Positions 46,415 through 64,000 of a DNA stretch of 64,000 bases are shown here, one piece after another. The position numbers and the translations under genes were made by a program. The DNA comes from Blastocystis sp. Blastoise. Lineage: Eukaryota > Protista > Bigyra: Opalinata. The stretch lies in the NCBI GenBank assembly GCA_039096225.1, contig JBBPEB010000005.1:310001-374000 (forward strand), given 5' to 3'. The notes beneath the pieces were generated by a model. It had not been told where the DNA came from, did not search any database, and worked only from the letters and a program-made list of their open reading frames with translations. The stretch's first letter is position 1. The number at the start of each line of letters is the position of its first letter.

Positions 46415-46488
46415 AGCTCCAGCTGAGACTTGAACTCAGAACCCCCAGATTAGAAGTCTGGTGCGCTATCCAATTGCGCCACAGAAGC
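46415..46488 (-). tRNA. tRNA-Arg(UCU), identical convergent copy
   Basis: Exact reverse complement of 45770-45843, followed by TCTCTTTTTT (Pol III terminator-like). Confidence 0.95.
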
Positions 46489-47073
46489 ATATTATGCTTT
46501 TCTTTATCTTTGTAATTGAGAATACTCTTTATTAACTATCGTTTGTTTTTTCGTTCTTAAAATTTTTTTTTTGTTCAGTTTAGCATATGAATGGCTAATA
46601 TACTTAAGAAGATTATATATTTTGATAAAAATGCATATTTATGCTTGAAGACCTACTCCAAACATTTTTTGTCATTTATTATCTTTAATAGCTATAATTT
46701 TCTCATTATAAATTTTATTTATTTTTGTATATTATATATAGAGTCTATTTCATATGATTGGCTATAATGAATAATCAATGCAGAATCAAATATGAATTTA
46801 TTTTTAAAAGACAAAGTGGATAAAAGAGCATGAAAATTATTTATGAACATGAAAAACGTGTCGTTAGGTGACATATTATATAAATTAAATGCTGTCTTGT
46901 GACTTGAGTAATTATATATGCATATATTAAATTTTTATATATTGAACAGAACACATTGATAAAAGAATAGTGAAACACATAAAAAGAAAAATTATTTGTG
47001 TTGAAAGAATATAAAAAATTAATAAATTAAAAATAATATAGAAAAGAATGTATATATATATATATTAAAATAT

Positions 47074-64000
<16,927 letters not shown>

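Noticed and set aside
46320-46885. Weak inverted similarity (ACCTAACACG vs CGTGTCGTTAGGT) around the second tRNA
   Set aside because: Too short and gapped to separate from chance

Overview
Very AT-rich, intron-dense eukaryotic (protist) DNA using the standard code. Most introns are GT-AG with a GTATAT-like donor and a TATAG-like acceptor, and they are filled with microsatellites, so most short entries in the ORF track are exon fragments or repeat artefacts. Stitching exons by hand gives the following genes: an N-acylated copine (runs off the left edge), three BTB-like+TLDc paralogues (one a pseudogene), three BTB-like+LRR-like paralogues, a MIT-like protein, a 33-aa lysine-rich microprotein missed by the ORF track, a Rab-like GTPase with altered switch motifs, an Asteroid/XPG-type PIN nuclease, a bacterial-type DUF1648/DUF5808 membrane protein, a DUF1647-like putative glycosyltransferase, an inverted duplicated pair of Pro-rich membrane-protein genes, two convergent identical tRNA-Arg(UCU) genes, and a >17 kb sacsin-like gene ending in a RING finger (runs off the right edge). 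The most notable signals are three U12-type (minor spliceosome) introns (two AT-AC, one hybrid AT-AG), several other non-canonical junctions, a strand-specific multi-hairpin element at about 30.15-30.31 kb, and a six-gene modular BTB family. A Blastocystis-like stramenopile origin is plausible but is inference only. Family assignments come from motif recognition; no searches were run.
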